This document shows, in pieces, positions 1 to 15,300 of a DNA stretch of 64,000 nucleotides. The stretch's first letter is position 1; the number at the start of each line of letters is the position of its first letter. The notes below the pieces were generated by a model. That model searched no databases, was not told the origin of the DNA, and saw only the letters and a program-made list of their open reading frames with translations. Origin of the DNA: the human T2T-CHM13v2.0 reference genome, Homo sapiens. The stretch lies in the NCBI RefSeq assembly GCF_009914755.1, contig NC_060932.1. The stretch is one strand, 5' to 3'. The translations under genes and the position numbers were made by a program.

Positions 1-822
1 AATGTCCAATAGGCAAATGAAAAGATGCTTAACATTACTAATCATTAGGAAGATGCAAATCAAAACCACAATGAGATAGCACCTCAGCACCTCACACCCA
101 TTATGATTGCTACTATAAAAAAAAAAAAAACCCAGAAAATAACAAGTGTTAGTAAGGATGTGGAAAATTGGAACCTTGTGTCTGCCTCATGTAATGTTGG
201 GAATGTAAGATATTGTAGCCACGATAGAAAACAGTGTGGCAGTTCATCAAAAAATGAAAAGTAGAATTACTGTATGATCCAACAATTCCTCTTCTGGGTA
301 TATGCCAAAAAAATTGAAAGCAGGATCTCAAAAGAATAATTGTACATCCACATTTATAGCAGCATTGTTCACAATAGCCAAAAGGCAGAAGCCCAAGTGT
401 TCATCAGTGGATGCATAAGAAACAAAATGTGGTCTATCCATACAGTGGAATATTATTCACCCTTAAAAAGGAAGGAGATTCTGATACATGTAACACTGTG
501 GATGAACTTTGAAAACATCATGTTAAGTGAAATAAGCCAGAAACCAAAGGACAAATATCATACGACTACACTTATAAGAGGAACTTAGAATAGACAAAGT
601 CACAGAGACAAACTATAGTTGAATTACCAAGGGTGGAGTAGGCAGGAAGGGAGTGGAGAATTATTGTTTAATGGCTACAGAGACTCAGTTTTGGATAATG
701 AGAACATTCTAGAAATTAATAGTAGTGATGGCTGCACAGCATTGCGAATGTACTTCATGCCACTGAAGTGGACACTTAAAAATAGCTAATATGGTAAATT
801 TTATGTTATGTCTATCAAACTT
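1..822 (+). mobile_element. Old LINE-1 3' end (L1MB-like ORF2 tail and 3' UTR)
   Basis: Typical L1 3' motifs: ATGCAAATCAAAACCACAATGAGATA, GATCCAACAATTCCTCTTCTGGGTATATGCC, and the L1M-type end AATAGCTAATATGGTAAATTTTATGTTATG. Confidence 0.85.
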
Positions 823-989
823 TTAAAGGCACCCTCCACAGATAGTTTTAGTAGTAAGTTTTACCAAACATTATAAAGTTTTACAGGAAAAAAAAAGAAA
901 TCTATTCACCTCATTTTACAAGGCTACATTGATCTTGACCTAATACTGGTTTAAAAAACTCATTTGTAAACAAGTACATAAAAATCTGA

Positions 990-1293
<304 letters not shown>

Positions 1294-2303
1294 TCAGAAA
1301 TAAGATATTTCATCAAGTCAAATTTGGTAGTGTGTTTTTAAAACACACACACACATAACCAAGTGTGGTTTAACCTAAGAATGAAAGGATAAATGAATAG
1401 CATTAAGTCTTCTTTTTTCTAATCCATTAATTTTCTTAGTAGTGTTAAAAAGCAGTAGGGAAGATTCAATGCCGAGTAATGATTTAAAAAAAAAAAAAAC
1501 TCTTCAGAAACCAGGAATAGATAACTTTCTTAACTATGGAGGTTATCTATAAAAAACGTACAACAAATATTGAATGGTGAAAACCTTAGTTTAAGGCTTA
1601 AATCATGTACAAGACACACATGAATGCTATTACTCTTCAACAGTGTTCTATGATTCCTAGTCAAGGGAATAAAATAAAAAAAAATTACAAGAATTATACA
1701 GGAAGGGACACATTTTGTTTGCATGTCATACAGTTGTCTACATAGAAACATCAAAGAGAGTCAATAAACTGTTACAACTCATTCAGCAAAATTCCTCTTT
1801 GTAAGATCCACTCACTGAAATCTTTAGCATTTGTATACCCAATGATAAACAATTATAAAATGTAACAGAAAACATAGTAAATAATAGTGGATTCAAGGCT
1901 AGCCATGTAATACAGGTTGAACATTCCTAATTTTAATCTGAAATGCTCCGATATCTTAAACTTTTTGAGTGCCAATCTGTCAACACAAGTGGAAAATTCC
2001 ACACCTGACCTCATGTGACAGGGCATAGTCAAAGCACAGGTGCACGACACAGTTGATTTAGCGTCCCCAAGGGAAAAAAAAGACCCACCCAGCCCCCTTC
2101 AACTATAGTATAACTTTTCCATGCACACCCAAATTCCCCCACACAAGCACGCCCACAATGTGTAATAAAATGGCACGTGTGCAGGCTGGACGCACCCAAC
2201 GCAGATTCCCCACGATACCTCACGTGGGGCCGAGAACTCCATGCATTACTCACTGTGGTTTTTTGCTTATTCTCTGCAGTGTCATGTAAAAATATTACTG
2301 AAA

Positions 2304-4350
<2,047 letters not shown>

Positions 4351-4518
4351 TCAGCAGCTGATTGCGGTCTCTGCTGATGCCACTGGCTGCTTAGCTCCCC
4401 TGAGCACGTAAGTCTTCACTGTGTTAATGGCATGTCTTATTTTTTACTGTGAAGTACTTATGTGTGAATAAGTGTAAGGAAATGACTGCTTGGTAGTAGC
4501 ATATAAATTCAGAGTCAC

Positions 4519-5169
<651 letters not shown>

Positions 5170-5556
5170 TAAGATGCAGATGAAACATAAATGAATTTTG
5201 GTTTTAGACTCTGGTCCTATCTTCAAGATCTCTCATTGTCCATTCCAAAAATGCCACCCACCACCCCCCAAAAAAAATCTGGAATTCAAAACATTTCTGG
5301 TCTCCAGCATTTTGGATAAGGGAAACACCACCTGTAATATCCTTTTACACATTTCCTGGATGGGAAACAGAAGTTGGTGTGGTAGGAGTCACACATAAAC
5401 GGCAGACTTTCTTGTCTGTGACACATTCTTAGGATGTCCTAGAGAAGTATCAGCGATGTGAATGTCTCCAGTCAAATATCAGAGCAGAAAGAATATGTTG
5501 AGAACTGCTGTATTATTAGACTGGGCTACTTTCTTCAAACAACACATGGTATCAGG

Positions 5557-6480
5557 TCATTCATTCATTTACCCAGTAGATATTTCCTACACACTCGTCA
5601 TATGCCGAGCATATCCTAGGCACTGCAGGTACAGCAACTGACAGGAATATACAGCCTTTGCCCTTGTGGGACTTAACATTTAAGAGAGAAGACAGGCAGC
5701 AAACAATTTCTTTAAAAATCCTTCTGGTGGTAAATGCAATGAAGAAAACAGGGTGAGTATAGAGAGGAGGAGTGAGGTAGGCCCCTTGCAGGTGAGTGGC
5801 ATTTGAGCTGAGGCCCAGATGATGAAGAGAAGGATGGACTCTTGTAGGTCTATTGGACTGGCCCTTCCAGGAATGGTAAGGGCTGAGAGGTCAGGAGAAG
5901 CGGTAAGTTTAGCGTGGCTGAAATGAAGGGAGAGAAGACAAAGCAATAGGAAATGAAGCTGGAGAAGCAGGCAGCTTCAGACAGGACCATTCCAGACCAC
6001 TGACACCTTAACAGACAACAGCAAGAAGTTTGGGTTCTGTTCTAAGGATAAATGGAAGTCACAGAACGATTTTAAGTGGGAGGATTAGGCTGCGGTATAT
6101 GTTTGTTTACTCTGTTTGTGTTTATTTTTGTTTTAATGGATACAGAGTCTCCCAATGTTGCCCAGGCTGGTTTTGAACTCCTGGGCTCAACGGATCCTCC
6201 TAACTCGGCCTCTCAAAGTGCTGACACATGTTTTTTTAATGGAAGCAGAGAAAGCAGTCTCGGACCTTTGCAGTGGTTCAGGTGATTAGTGATGGGGGTT
6301 AGGACCAGGGACGTATCGATGGAGGTGTTGTGAAGTTGTCATATTTTAAATATACATTTCAGAGCCAGGTGCACTCGCTGATACATTGGATGTGGCATAT
6401 TAGAGAAAGAAGACTCGAAGGTGGCACCTAGTCTTGTGTTCTGAGCTTCCAGAATGAGGCATCTAGAAGCCAGGACCCGG
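5557..6480 (-). mobile_element. L2 fragments, with a FLAM-like Alu monomer at ~6120-6225
   Basis: CATTCATTCATT L2 tail, CCTAGGCACTG, CTTTGCCCTTGTGG; degenerate. Confidence 0.6.
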
Positions 6481-7594
6481 GAGAAGCACGGAAGGAGCAG
6501 TGGTTTATTCAGTCTGCAGAAGCAGTGCCTACAGGACTGCTGTGTGAAAGAGGACACATGTGATATGAGCAGATGAAAATCACACAGCAGGCAGCTCTGG
6601 GCTCATTATGAGAAACGACTCTAGGAATATTTGTAACCTGCTGGGCTCTACTGCTAAGGGCTGCCTTAAGCCATGAAGCCGCAGAGGCTGGGTGACCACC
6701 GTCCCACAGTGAGGGAGCTGGGCAATTCCTTACCAGAGTGGAGATGTGGCTAGATCTCCTAGCCCTAACATGCTTACTTATTTTGATAAGCAAAGATGAA
6801 GCTCACATGGGTCCCGTGTGCTCTTGAACTTCTGTACATTGTACCATTAACCACACTTGGATGCTGGCAATCGCAGTTTTAGTTAAATAAAGTGACTTGC
6901 CCACCATACTATAAAAAATTAATTTTGGTAGCATGTTGATTCTGTATCCTAACCATAAGACCACACAGAGCCATGGCTAGTAAACTTTAGCTTGTGCGTA
7001 AATGCCTGCCAAGACCTGCTAAATACTGTTGCTTACATTTAAAAAAAAAAAAAAAAATTTTTTTTTTAATTTAAATTTCACGGAGCTGCTCAAGGGCAGT
7101 TCAGCTTCCTATTCATCTCTGTCTCCACCGGCCAGGACTGGCATTACTCTAACATCTGTCCTACGGCCACATTTTATGGGATGTTTGAGGATTATTCCTA
7201 TGAAGTGACATTGGAATTTGGGGATGTGGCTATGTTCAGATGCCAAATAAACTTGGATAGAAATCATTTTTCCTGTGTGTGTTTACAGTTAGGAACGTGG
7301 GGCTGTGAGGGGCTCCCTGGACATGACCCTGGAGCTGTCGGCCCTTGTTCAGTGGTCAGATGCGCTTCAGACCTCCCAGAGTGCTGCCCGCACACTCAGT
7401 CACAGCCCCATGCGCACCTCAACGCCACTGCTCAGAAGTCCAGTGTAATTCCTCAGGCAGCATGTCCTAGAGCAGGCCATGAGAGGTGTAAGGTACAGAC
7501 TTTGTTGTGAGGTTACATGTAGGCTTCTGTTCCATCTTGTCTCTGTTTAAAGATCGATACTTCTGGCAGCCTTTATCCCCACCACGATAAATAC

Positions 7595-7691
7595 GTGGAT
7601 GGAAGGATACATGCGTGGAAGGGTGGATGGGTGGATGGTTGGATGGATGGGTAGACGGGTGCATGGGTAGATGGGTAGATGGGTGGATGGA
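7595..7691 (+). repeat. (TGGA/TGGG)n simple repeat
   Basis: Degenerate GGATGGGT repeats. Confidence 0.85.
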
Positions 7692-7841
7692 GTGATATTT
7701 GATTTCATAGTCAAAGAACTCAAACAGTAGACAAGTACACAGGGTCCTCCAGTCTTACAACCCTTCCTTAACTACAATAAAGATAGAAGTGTATCTTCTA
7801 GATTTCTTTTAAAAACATATTTATGAATGTAAACATATTAT

Positions 7842-8142
7842 GGTCAGGTCCAGTGACTCACATGTATAATCTAACACTTTGGGAAGCCAAGGTGAGTGGA
7901 CTGCTTGATGCCGGGAGTTTGAGACCAGCCTTGGCAACATAGAAAGACCGTGTCCCTACAAAAAAAATTTTAAAAGTAGCCTGGTGTCATGGCACATGCC
8001 TGTAGTCCTAGCTACTCAGGACGTCAAGGTGGGAGGATCACTCGAGGACAGGAATTCCAGGCTGCAGTAAGCCATGATCATACCACTGCACTCCAGTCTG
8101 GGCAATGGATCAAGATCCTGTCTCTTTAAAAAAAAAAAAAAA
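7842..8142 (+). mobile_element. AluJ
   Basis: Diverged dimer with GGGAGGATCAC...GGCTGCAGT J-type right arm and poly-A. Confidence 0.9.
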
Positions 8143-8365
8143 CATATTTACATAGAAATAAATGTATATAAACACAGATATTGTTTAGGGATTTGTTTTT
8201 ATATATATTGGAGAATGACATGCTTTTTCAGGAGCTTTTATTTAACCCTATGCCTAGAAGATCCTTCCAGCTTAACACATATACAGCTACTTCATTCTTT
8301 TTAACCATTGGGAGGTACTGTAATTAATTTATGTGCTTTCTGTTATTTTCATTGTTTTGCTATTG

Positions 8366-8502
8366 TATTTACTTATTTATTTTAGAAACAAGATGTCACT
8401 ATGTTGCCCAGGCTGGCCTCAAACTCTTGGGCTCAAGCAGTCCTCCCACCTTAGCCTCCCAAGTAGGCGGGACTACAGGCATGAACCCTGCAATACGGCT
8501 GG
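8366..8502 (-). mobile_element. FLAM/Alu left monomer
   Basis: CACTATGTTGCCCAGGCTGGCCTCAAACTC...CAGGCATGAACC. Confidence 0.85.
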
Positions 8503-8518
8503 CTTCTGCTATTTTAAA

Positions 8519-8520
<2 letters not shown>

Positions 8521-8572
<52 letters not shown>

Positions 8573-8603
8573 CGCGTGTGTGTGTGTGCGTGTGTGTGTG
8601 TGT
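8521..8603. repeat. (TG)n(CG)6(TG)n microsatellite
   Basis: Uninterrupted purine-pyrimidine alternation. Confidence 0.95.
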
Positions 8604-8689
8604 TTTCTAACTGAACAATCTGAATTCAATTTTAAGAGATTTTCTTGAGCTGGAATTATTCTAGTCCGAGCCCAGGCTCATGAAGATTT

Positions 8690-9665
8690 CTGTAAAATAC
8701 ATTCCAAGCAGTGAAATTACTGTGCCCTAGGATATGTGTACTTAAATTCTGATACACAAGGCTGCAGCAATTTACACTATTACTAACGGTACATAAAGTC
8801 CTATTTCCTATGTCCTATAAATTCCCATGTCCAGTACTGGACATAACCCATATTTTCAATATTGGGTGATCCGATTAGTTAAAAAAATAGATCTCATTAA
8901 TTTCTAATTGCCTGATTACTAAATTATGAATGAGTCTGAATATCTTAGATAGGAGATTTATCATTCGTGAATTACCTGTCCTGATCCCTTAACTGTTTTG
9001 AAATTGGGTTATTTATATTTTTCACATGGTTTTACAGCAATGTTTACATAATATGGACATTAAACTTTTGTTGTGTTATAAAACTCTGTCTCTTTAGCTG
9101 TGCTTATGGTGTCTTAAGTATTACCAAGTTTTTAATTTTTAACTATTATTTTTTACAAAATTAAACACCTCTTTTCCTCCATGGCACCTACCCTTGTGGT
9201 TTTGCTTAGAAAGGCCTTCCTCACCCTCTGAGCTTTAAAAATAATCTCATATTCTCCTATTTATAGTTTTAAAAAATATTTAGACCTTTAATGCATGTGC
9301 ATTTCACTTACTGTATAATGTGAGGGGACCATGTTGTTTTTAATAACTAATTTATTGACACTGACCTATATTGCCCCCTGTGAGTCATCTCTTACATTCC
9401 CACATGGTATGGGTGTGTTTCTGGTTATTCTCGTCCATTGATCTGTTTGTCTATTCTGTGCTGACCTCTATTTTACTGCTATAATTGTACAGACTGTTTT
9501 GATATCTGGTATGTCAAATTTTTTCTCATCATTTCTCTTTTTAAAAATCATCTTCCTATGCATTTTTTTCTTTCCTATAAACTTTAGAATAAACATGTCG
9601 TTTTCTTTTTGAAAAGTTTGAAATTTTTGGATTACATTGAATTTCTAGATGAATTTGGAAAGAGC
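8690..9665 (-). mobile_element. Old L1M ORF2/3' fragments
   Basis: Antisense L1 motifs such as TCCATTGATCTGTTTGTCTATTCT and GGATTACATTGAAT. Confidence 0.6.
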
Positions 9666-9928
9666 ATCATTTTTTCTGCATTTTTTTATGATTTTTCAAA
9701 ACTGACACCTAGTCAGAAAACTAAGTGTAAAAATTGAATCCATAGAGTTTTTACAACCTGGAAGAAAATACAAATGTGGCTGAATGACTTTAAACCCTGA
9801 GTATCGGAAAAGGCTTCCACCTACCTATGACTCAAAAGCCAGATGCAATAAGACAAAGTGTTGATATAATTTGAATACATAAGAAATTGAAACTTATACA
9901 TGGCAAAAGTTTGCATAAGAAAAGTCAA

Positions 9929-10225
9929 GCCAGGTGTGGTGGGTTATGTCTATAATCCCAGCATTTTGGAAGACTGAGGCACAGGAAGATTGCTTGAGCC
10001 CAGGAGTTCGAGATCAGCCTGGGCAACAAAGTGAGACATTGGCTCTACAAAAAATCAAAACATTAACTGGGTGTGGTGGTGCATACCTGTAGTCCCGGCT
10101 ACCTGGGAAGCTGAGTCTGGAGGATCACCTGAGTCCAGGAGACTGAGGCTGCAGTGAGTCATGTTTGCACCAATGCAGTCTAACCTGCGTGACTGAGCAA
10201 GACCCTATCTCAAAAAAAGAAAAAA
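9929..10225 (+). mobile_element. AluJ
   Basis: Dimer with GAAGATTGCTTGAGCCCAGGAG and an A tail. Confidence 0.9.
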
Positions 10226-11174
10226 TATGTAAATCATAATAATACCTGCTTCACTGTTGTGGAGAGAATTAAGTAGTATGCCTAGTACTAATAATATTGT
10301 TATAATTATATACAATGTTTTTAACTATATCATTTCTTATATATATAAGCTATCACAAATGTTAGTGTTCCTCCCTTCTGAAATTCATCTGAGGGTCCCT
10401 CACTGACCCAGGCCTCCTGGGTAGAAGCACATTTGTATTGAGAAGACAACAGTTAAATTCTGGGACACTATCTTGAGCTATAACTAAGATAAGTCATTTT
10501 TTTCTTCCATTTCTAAAAATATTTGTAGATTAAACCCATTTTTTTCTTTTTTGTACCATACCACCAGGATAGCTTTCCACCTTCCATCACTCATCTGTGT
10601 GACTTCTTAAGTTCCTTCAAATGTAACTCTGTAATTATAATTATATATTCACACAATCATTGTGATTCTTTAATTGCAATTGATTTAATCTACCTTATCA
10701 TCCAATCGGTGCTGACAGTGGATTTCATTCCTTTTTTTTTCTAACAGTAGGAATAGAATGCAGTGCGCTTGCCAGGACTGAGGAAAGAGGGAGGGGTTGT
10801 TTCCGCCAGCTGCCAGGATCACCTGTGCTGACCCTTCAGCAGCACCTGCAGCGCTATCCTGGGCCAGGCGCAACTTGTGATTTTCATAAAATAGTCGAGT
10901 TTCAAACGGATGGGACTTTAGAGCTTCTTTAATTTGAGCTATGAAGAACAGAGTTTTAGAAAGTATGCTTATTCACTTGGAATTCCATAAAAAATACCTA
11001 TGCTGGGTAGATAGGATAGCACGGCCTACCTCTCACCACTGGTGTCATAATTAAAACTCATATATGTATTTACTTATACTCTGCCTTATGCCAAGAGTAC
11101 TGGAAGTGGTGAGCTAAGATTAGAAATTCTTGGCTCCTATGTCACAGACTGGCAAGCTTCCCACCCTGCCCACT

Positions 11175-11354
11175 GAGTGTCCTGACACAACGGGAACGTG
11201 CCCTGCATCTAATGGGACATGTGGCTACCAAGCACTTGAACTGGCCAGTGTGACTGAGAACTGAATGTTTCATTGTATTGAATTTCGTTTCACGTTAATT
11301 TAAAAAGGTATGTGTGCTCTATGGACGTGGGGGGGCCTATGGACAACACAGCTC
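11175..11354 (+). mobile_element. MER3-like hAT-Charlie MITE
   Basis: CATGTGGCTACCAAGCACTTGAA...GTGTGACTGAGAACTGAAT...TGGACAACACAG. Confidence 0.7.
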
Positions 11355-11461
11355 TTGGCTATTTGTTTTTAAATATAGTTTCATGTATATACAAACAGGT
11401 TATCACTTTCCTATGTGGCTGGCTATTATGAATGCTAAACTGCTTTTCGCTCTCTCTCTAG

Positions 11462-12095
<634 letters not shown>

Positions 12096-12436
12096 ATTGT
12101 TTTATTACTGAGAACAACTAGAGAACTCTGCAAGTTTCTTGGCTTAGACTCGATCTTTATTAATACATTATCTATTAGGTAGGAAAGACATTTGTCAGCT
12201 ATTAAGGTGACTTTTATCTAGCGGAGATTCCTCTCTTAAAGTAATGAAAGGAGATAGGTATGGGGGGTGTTATACAGGATAATTGGTGACATCTGAGTGT
12301 CTTACTTCTGCAAGCCTGCTTTATGGTGAGCAAAGCATCACCAGCAAGTGATCACAATGTCCACTGGCCGCTTTTTGCCTGCCGTCCTCGAGATGAAATT
12401 GGCAGTTGGGGCTGATTCACAGAAACACCGATTTGT

Positions 12437-12756
12437 GGCTGAGCACGGTGGCTCACACCTGTCATCCCAGCCCTTTGGGAGGCTGAGGTGGACAGATCAC
12501 TTGAGGTCAGGAGTTCGAGACCAGCCTGACCAACGCAGCAAAACCCATCTCTACTAAAAATACAAAAATCAGCTGGGTGTGGTGGCACACACCTGTGGTC
12601 CCAGCTCCTCAGGAGTCTGAGGCAGAAGAATCGCTTGAACCCAAGAGGCAGAGGTTGCAGTGAGCCAAGGTTGCAGTGAATCAAGATTGCTCCACTGCAC
12701 TCCAGCCTGGGCAACAGAGTAACTCTCCTTCTCAAATAAATAAATAAATAAATAAG
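12437..12756 (+). mobile_element. AluSx with small internal duplication
   Basis: Dimer with GGTTGCAGTGA duplicated, (TAAA)n tail, diverged TSD AGAAACACYGATKTGT. Confidence 0.95.
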
Positions 12757-12798
12757 AAACACTGATGTGTCTGTCACCTTCTAAAGAAATGAAATGCT

Positions 12799-13128
12799 AG
12801 GAAGTCCTAGCCAGAGTGATCAGGCAAGAATAAGCCATAAAAGGCATCCAAATAGGAAAAGAAGTCAAACTGTCTCTCTTCACTGCCGATATGATTCTAT
12901 ACCTAGAAAACCCTAAAGACTCTGCCAAAAGGCTCCTGGAACCGATAAATGACTTAAGTAAAGTTTCAGGATAGTAAATCCATGTACAAAAATCAGCATT
13001 TCCAAACACAGTAACATTCAAGCTGAGCACCAAATCAAGAACGCAATCCCATTTCCAATAGCCACGGAATGAAATACCTAGGAACACGTATAACCAAGGA
13101 GGCAAAGGATCTCTACAAGGAGAACCAT
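12799..13128 (+). mobile_element. Internal L1 (L1PB-like) ORF2 RT fragment
   Basis: GAAGTCCTAGCCAGAG...GATATGATTCTATACCTAGAAAACCC...CTCTACAAGGAGAAC; flanked by AAAYGARATGCT. Confidence 0.88.
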
Positions 13129-14610
13129 AAACGAGATGCTGAGTCCCAGCGAGGTCGGAGGTGCCACTGAGCCCTCATCGTGGTGCCGTTCCCGCTCTGG
13201 GTTATTTATCTGTTGCTCATCTCAGCTGTTGTTCCTACCTCAAATTTCAAGTCCCTCAACAAATATAACAGAACCACTTCTAGAATGAACCTTTGAGAAG
13301 GGAGGTAGCAGTGCATTGTATAGGAATTGGCATTCTATAGAAAACCACAGAAACTGGAAATAATGAAGGGTTGTCTCTTGGTTTTAAAATAATGTATACA
13401 CCTAAATCATCCCCTTATGATACTCATCCTCTAACAGCAATTGAACTTCAATACAATGAGTCATTCCTGAGTTCACTCGCTTCACATTACATATGTTTCT
13501 CTATAACCACAAGCATCCTGGCTTGGTAGTGCTCCCACAGCACCAAAAATCCCTGAGGAGGCTGACAAACATTGTGCTGACTCATGCTGGAGACAAGCCA
13601 CAGAGAACTTCCATCCCCCACCACATCAGCCACGGAGCCAGCCCAGCCTCTGCCCACCCAGGCCTCAGTCCCCAGTGTTAAGTTCTGATCCCTGATGCTG
13701 GCCTGCCAGTGGCCAGTCAAGATTCTCTTTCTGAAAGCTAGTATTTTATGAGGACTGACTGTTGCTAGACATTACACTAAGCACATTATATGTTGTACTT
13801 CATTTTACCCTTTCAACAATCCTATTAGTAGCTTACTGTGGGTCTGCAAAGCCTTACTCAAAACATATAGGGCTAGAGGTTCTCAGGATTCTGAATTTTA
13901 AAAAAAATTTGTAAAGGCTTATGGCTCTCACCACTGTTATTCAACGTTGCATTAAAGTTTCTACCCAGAGAAGGCAATAAAAGGAAATTAAAGCTATACA
14001 GATTGGAAGTGAAGAAATAAAAGTCTTTATTCTCAAGAATACAAGACACTATGTATAGAAATTGTAAGGAATGCAAAAAAAAAAAAAAAAAAAAGCCCTA
14101 CAAGAACTTATAACAAGTTTAGCAAGATTGCAATATACAATCTTGCAATCTTCCTAAAGATTATATACAAACCTAACAGAATTGTATTTATATATACTGT
14201 CAATAAGCAATTCAAAATGAAATTAAGACCACGATTCCATTTAAAATTGCATCTAAAAATAAACAAAATAGGAATAGACTTGGCAACAGTTGTAACATCT
14301 GTATACTGAAACCTGTAAAACATTGCTGAAAGAAGTTAAAGACTTCTTTAAATAGAGACATATACAAAGTTCATAGATTAGAAGATGCAATATTGTTAAG
14401 ATGATAGTCCTCAAATTGACGTATAGATTCAATGCAATCCATTAAAATCTCAGATGGCTTTTTATAGAATTTGAAAAGCTGATGCTAAATCTTTTATGAA
14501 AATGCAAAGAACCTCTAGTAGACAAAACAATTTTTTTAAGAGCAAAGTTGGAGGATTTATAGAACCTGATTCCAAAACTGTCAGTAAAACTACAATAATT
14601 ACAAAGTATC

Positions 14611-14848
14611 AGCCAGGTGCCGTGGCTCACATCTGTAATACCAGCTCTCTGGGAGGCTGAGGCGGGTGGATCACTTGAAGTCGGGAGTTTAAGACCAGCC
14701 TGGCCAACTTGGTGAAACCTTGTCTCTACTAGAAATACAAAAAATTAGCCAGGCATGATGGCACACACCTGTAATCTCAGTTACTCAGGAGGCTGAAGCA
14801 GAATAGCTTGAACCCAAGAGAGTCCAGCTCAAAAACAACAACAAGAAC
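14611..14848 (+). mobile_element. AluS with right-arm deletion
   Basis: Alu flanked by AAAGTATC TSD; right arm jumps from GAACCCAAGAG to the tail. Confidence 0.9.
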
Positions 14849-15074
14849 AAAAGTATCACATTGGCATAAGAATAGACATGTAAATCAAATAACAAAATAG
14901 AGAATTCAGGTATAAATCTTCATATTTATGGCTGATTGACTTTGAACAAAGGTGACGAGGCAAGTCAGTATAGCAGCATATTCTTTTCAACAAATGGTGC
15001 TGGCAGAAGAAAAAAAAAGTACTTGGATCCTTACCTCACACCATGCACAAAAATTAGCTCAACGTGGACTATAT

Positions 15075-15300
15075 CAGGGTTTCTCAACATCAGCAGTGTT
15101 GGCGTTTGCTGGGGTGGATAATTCTTTCCTGTGGAGAGCTGTCCTGTGCACTGTAGAATGTTTAGCTGCATCCTGGCCTCTGCCTATTAGATGCCAGTGG
15201 CATCCCTCCCCTGACACACACCTAGTTTTGACAATCTCTGTCTCCAGATATTCCCAAATGTGCCCTGGAGAGCAAAACTGTTTCCAGTTGAGAACCATTG
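15075..15300 (+). mobile_element. MER20 (hAT-Charlie)
   Basis: CAGGGTTTCTCAAC...GTTGAGAACCATTG termini, with the internal CTGTCCTGTGCACTGTAGAATGTTTAGC motif. Confidence 0.85.
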
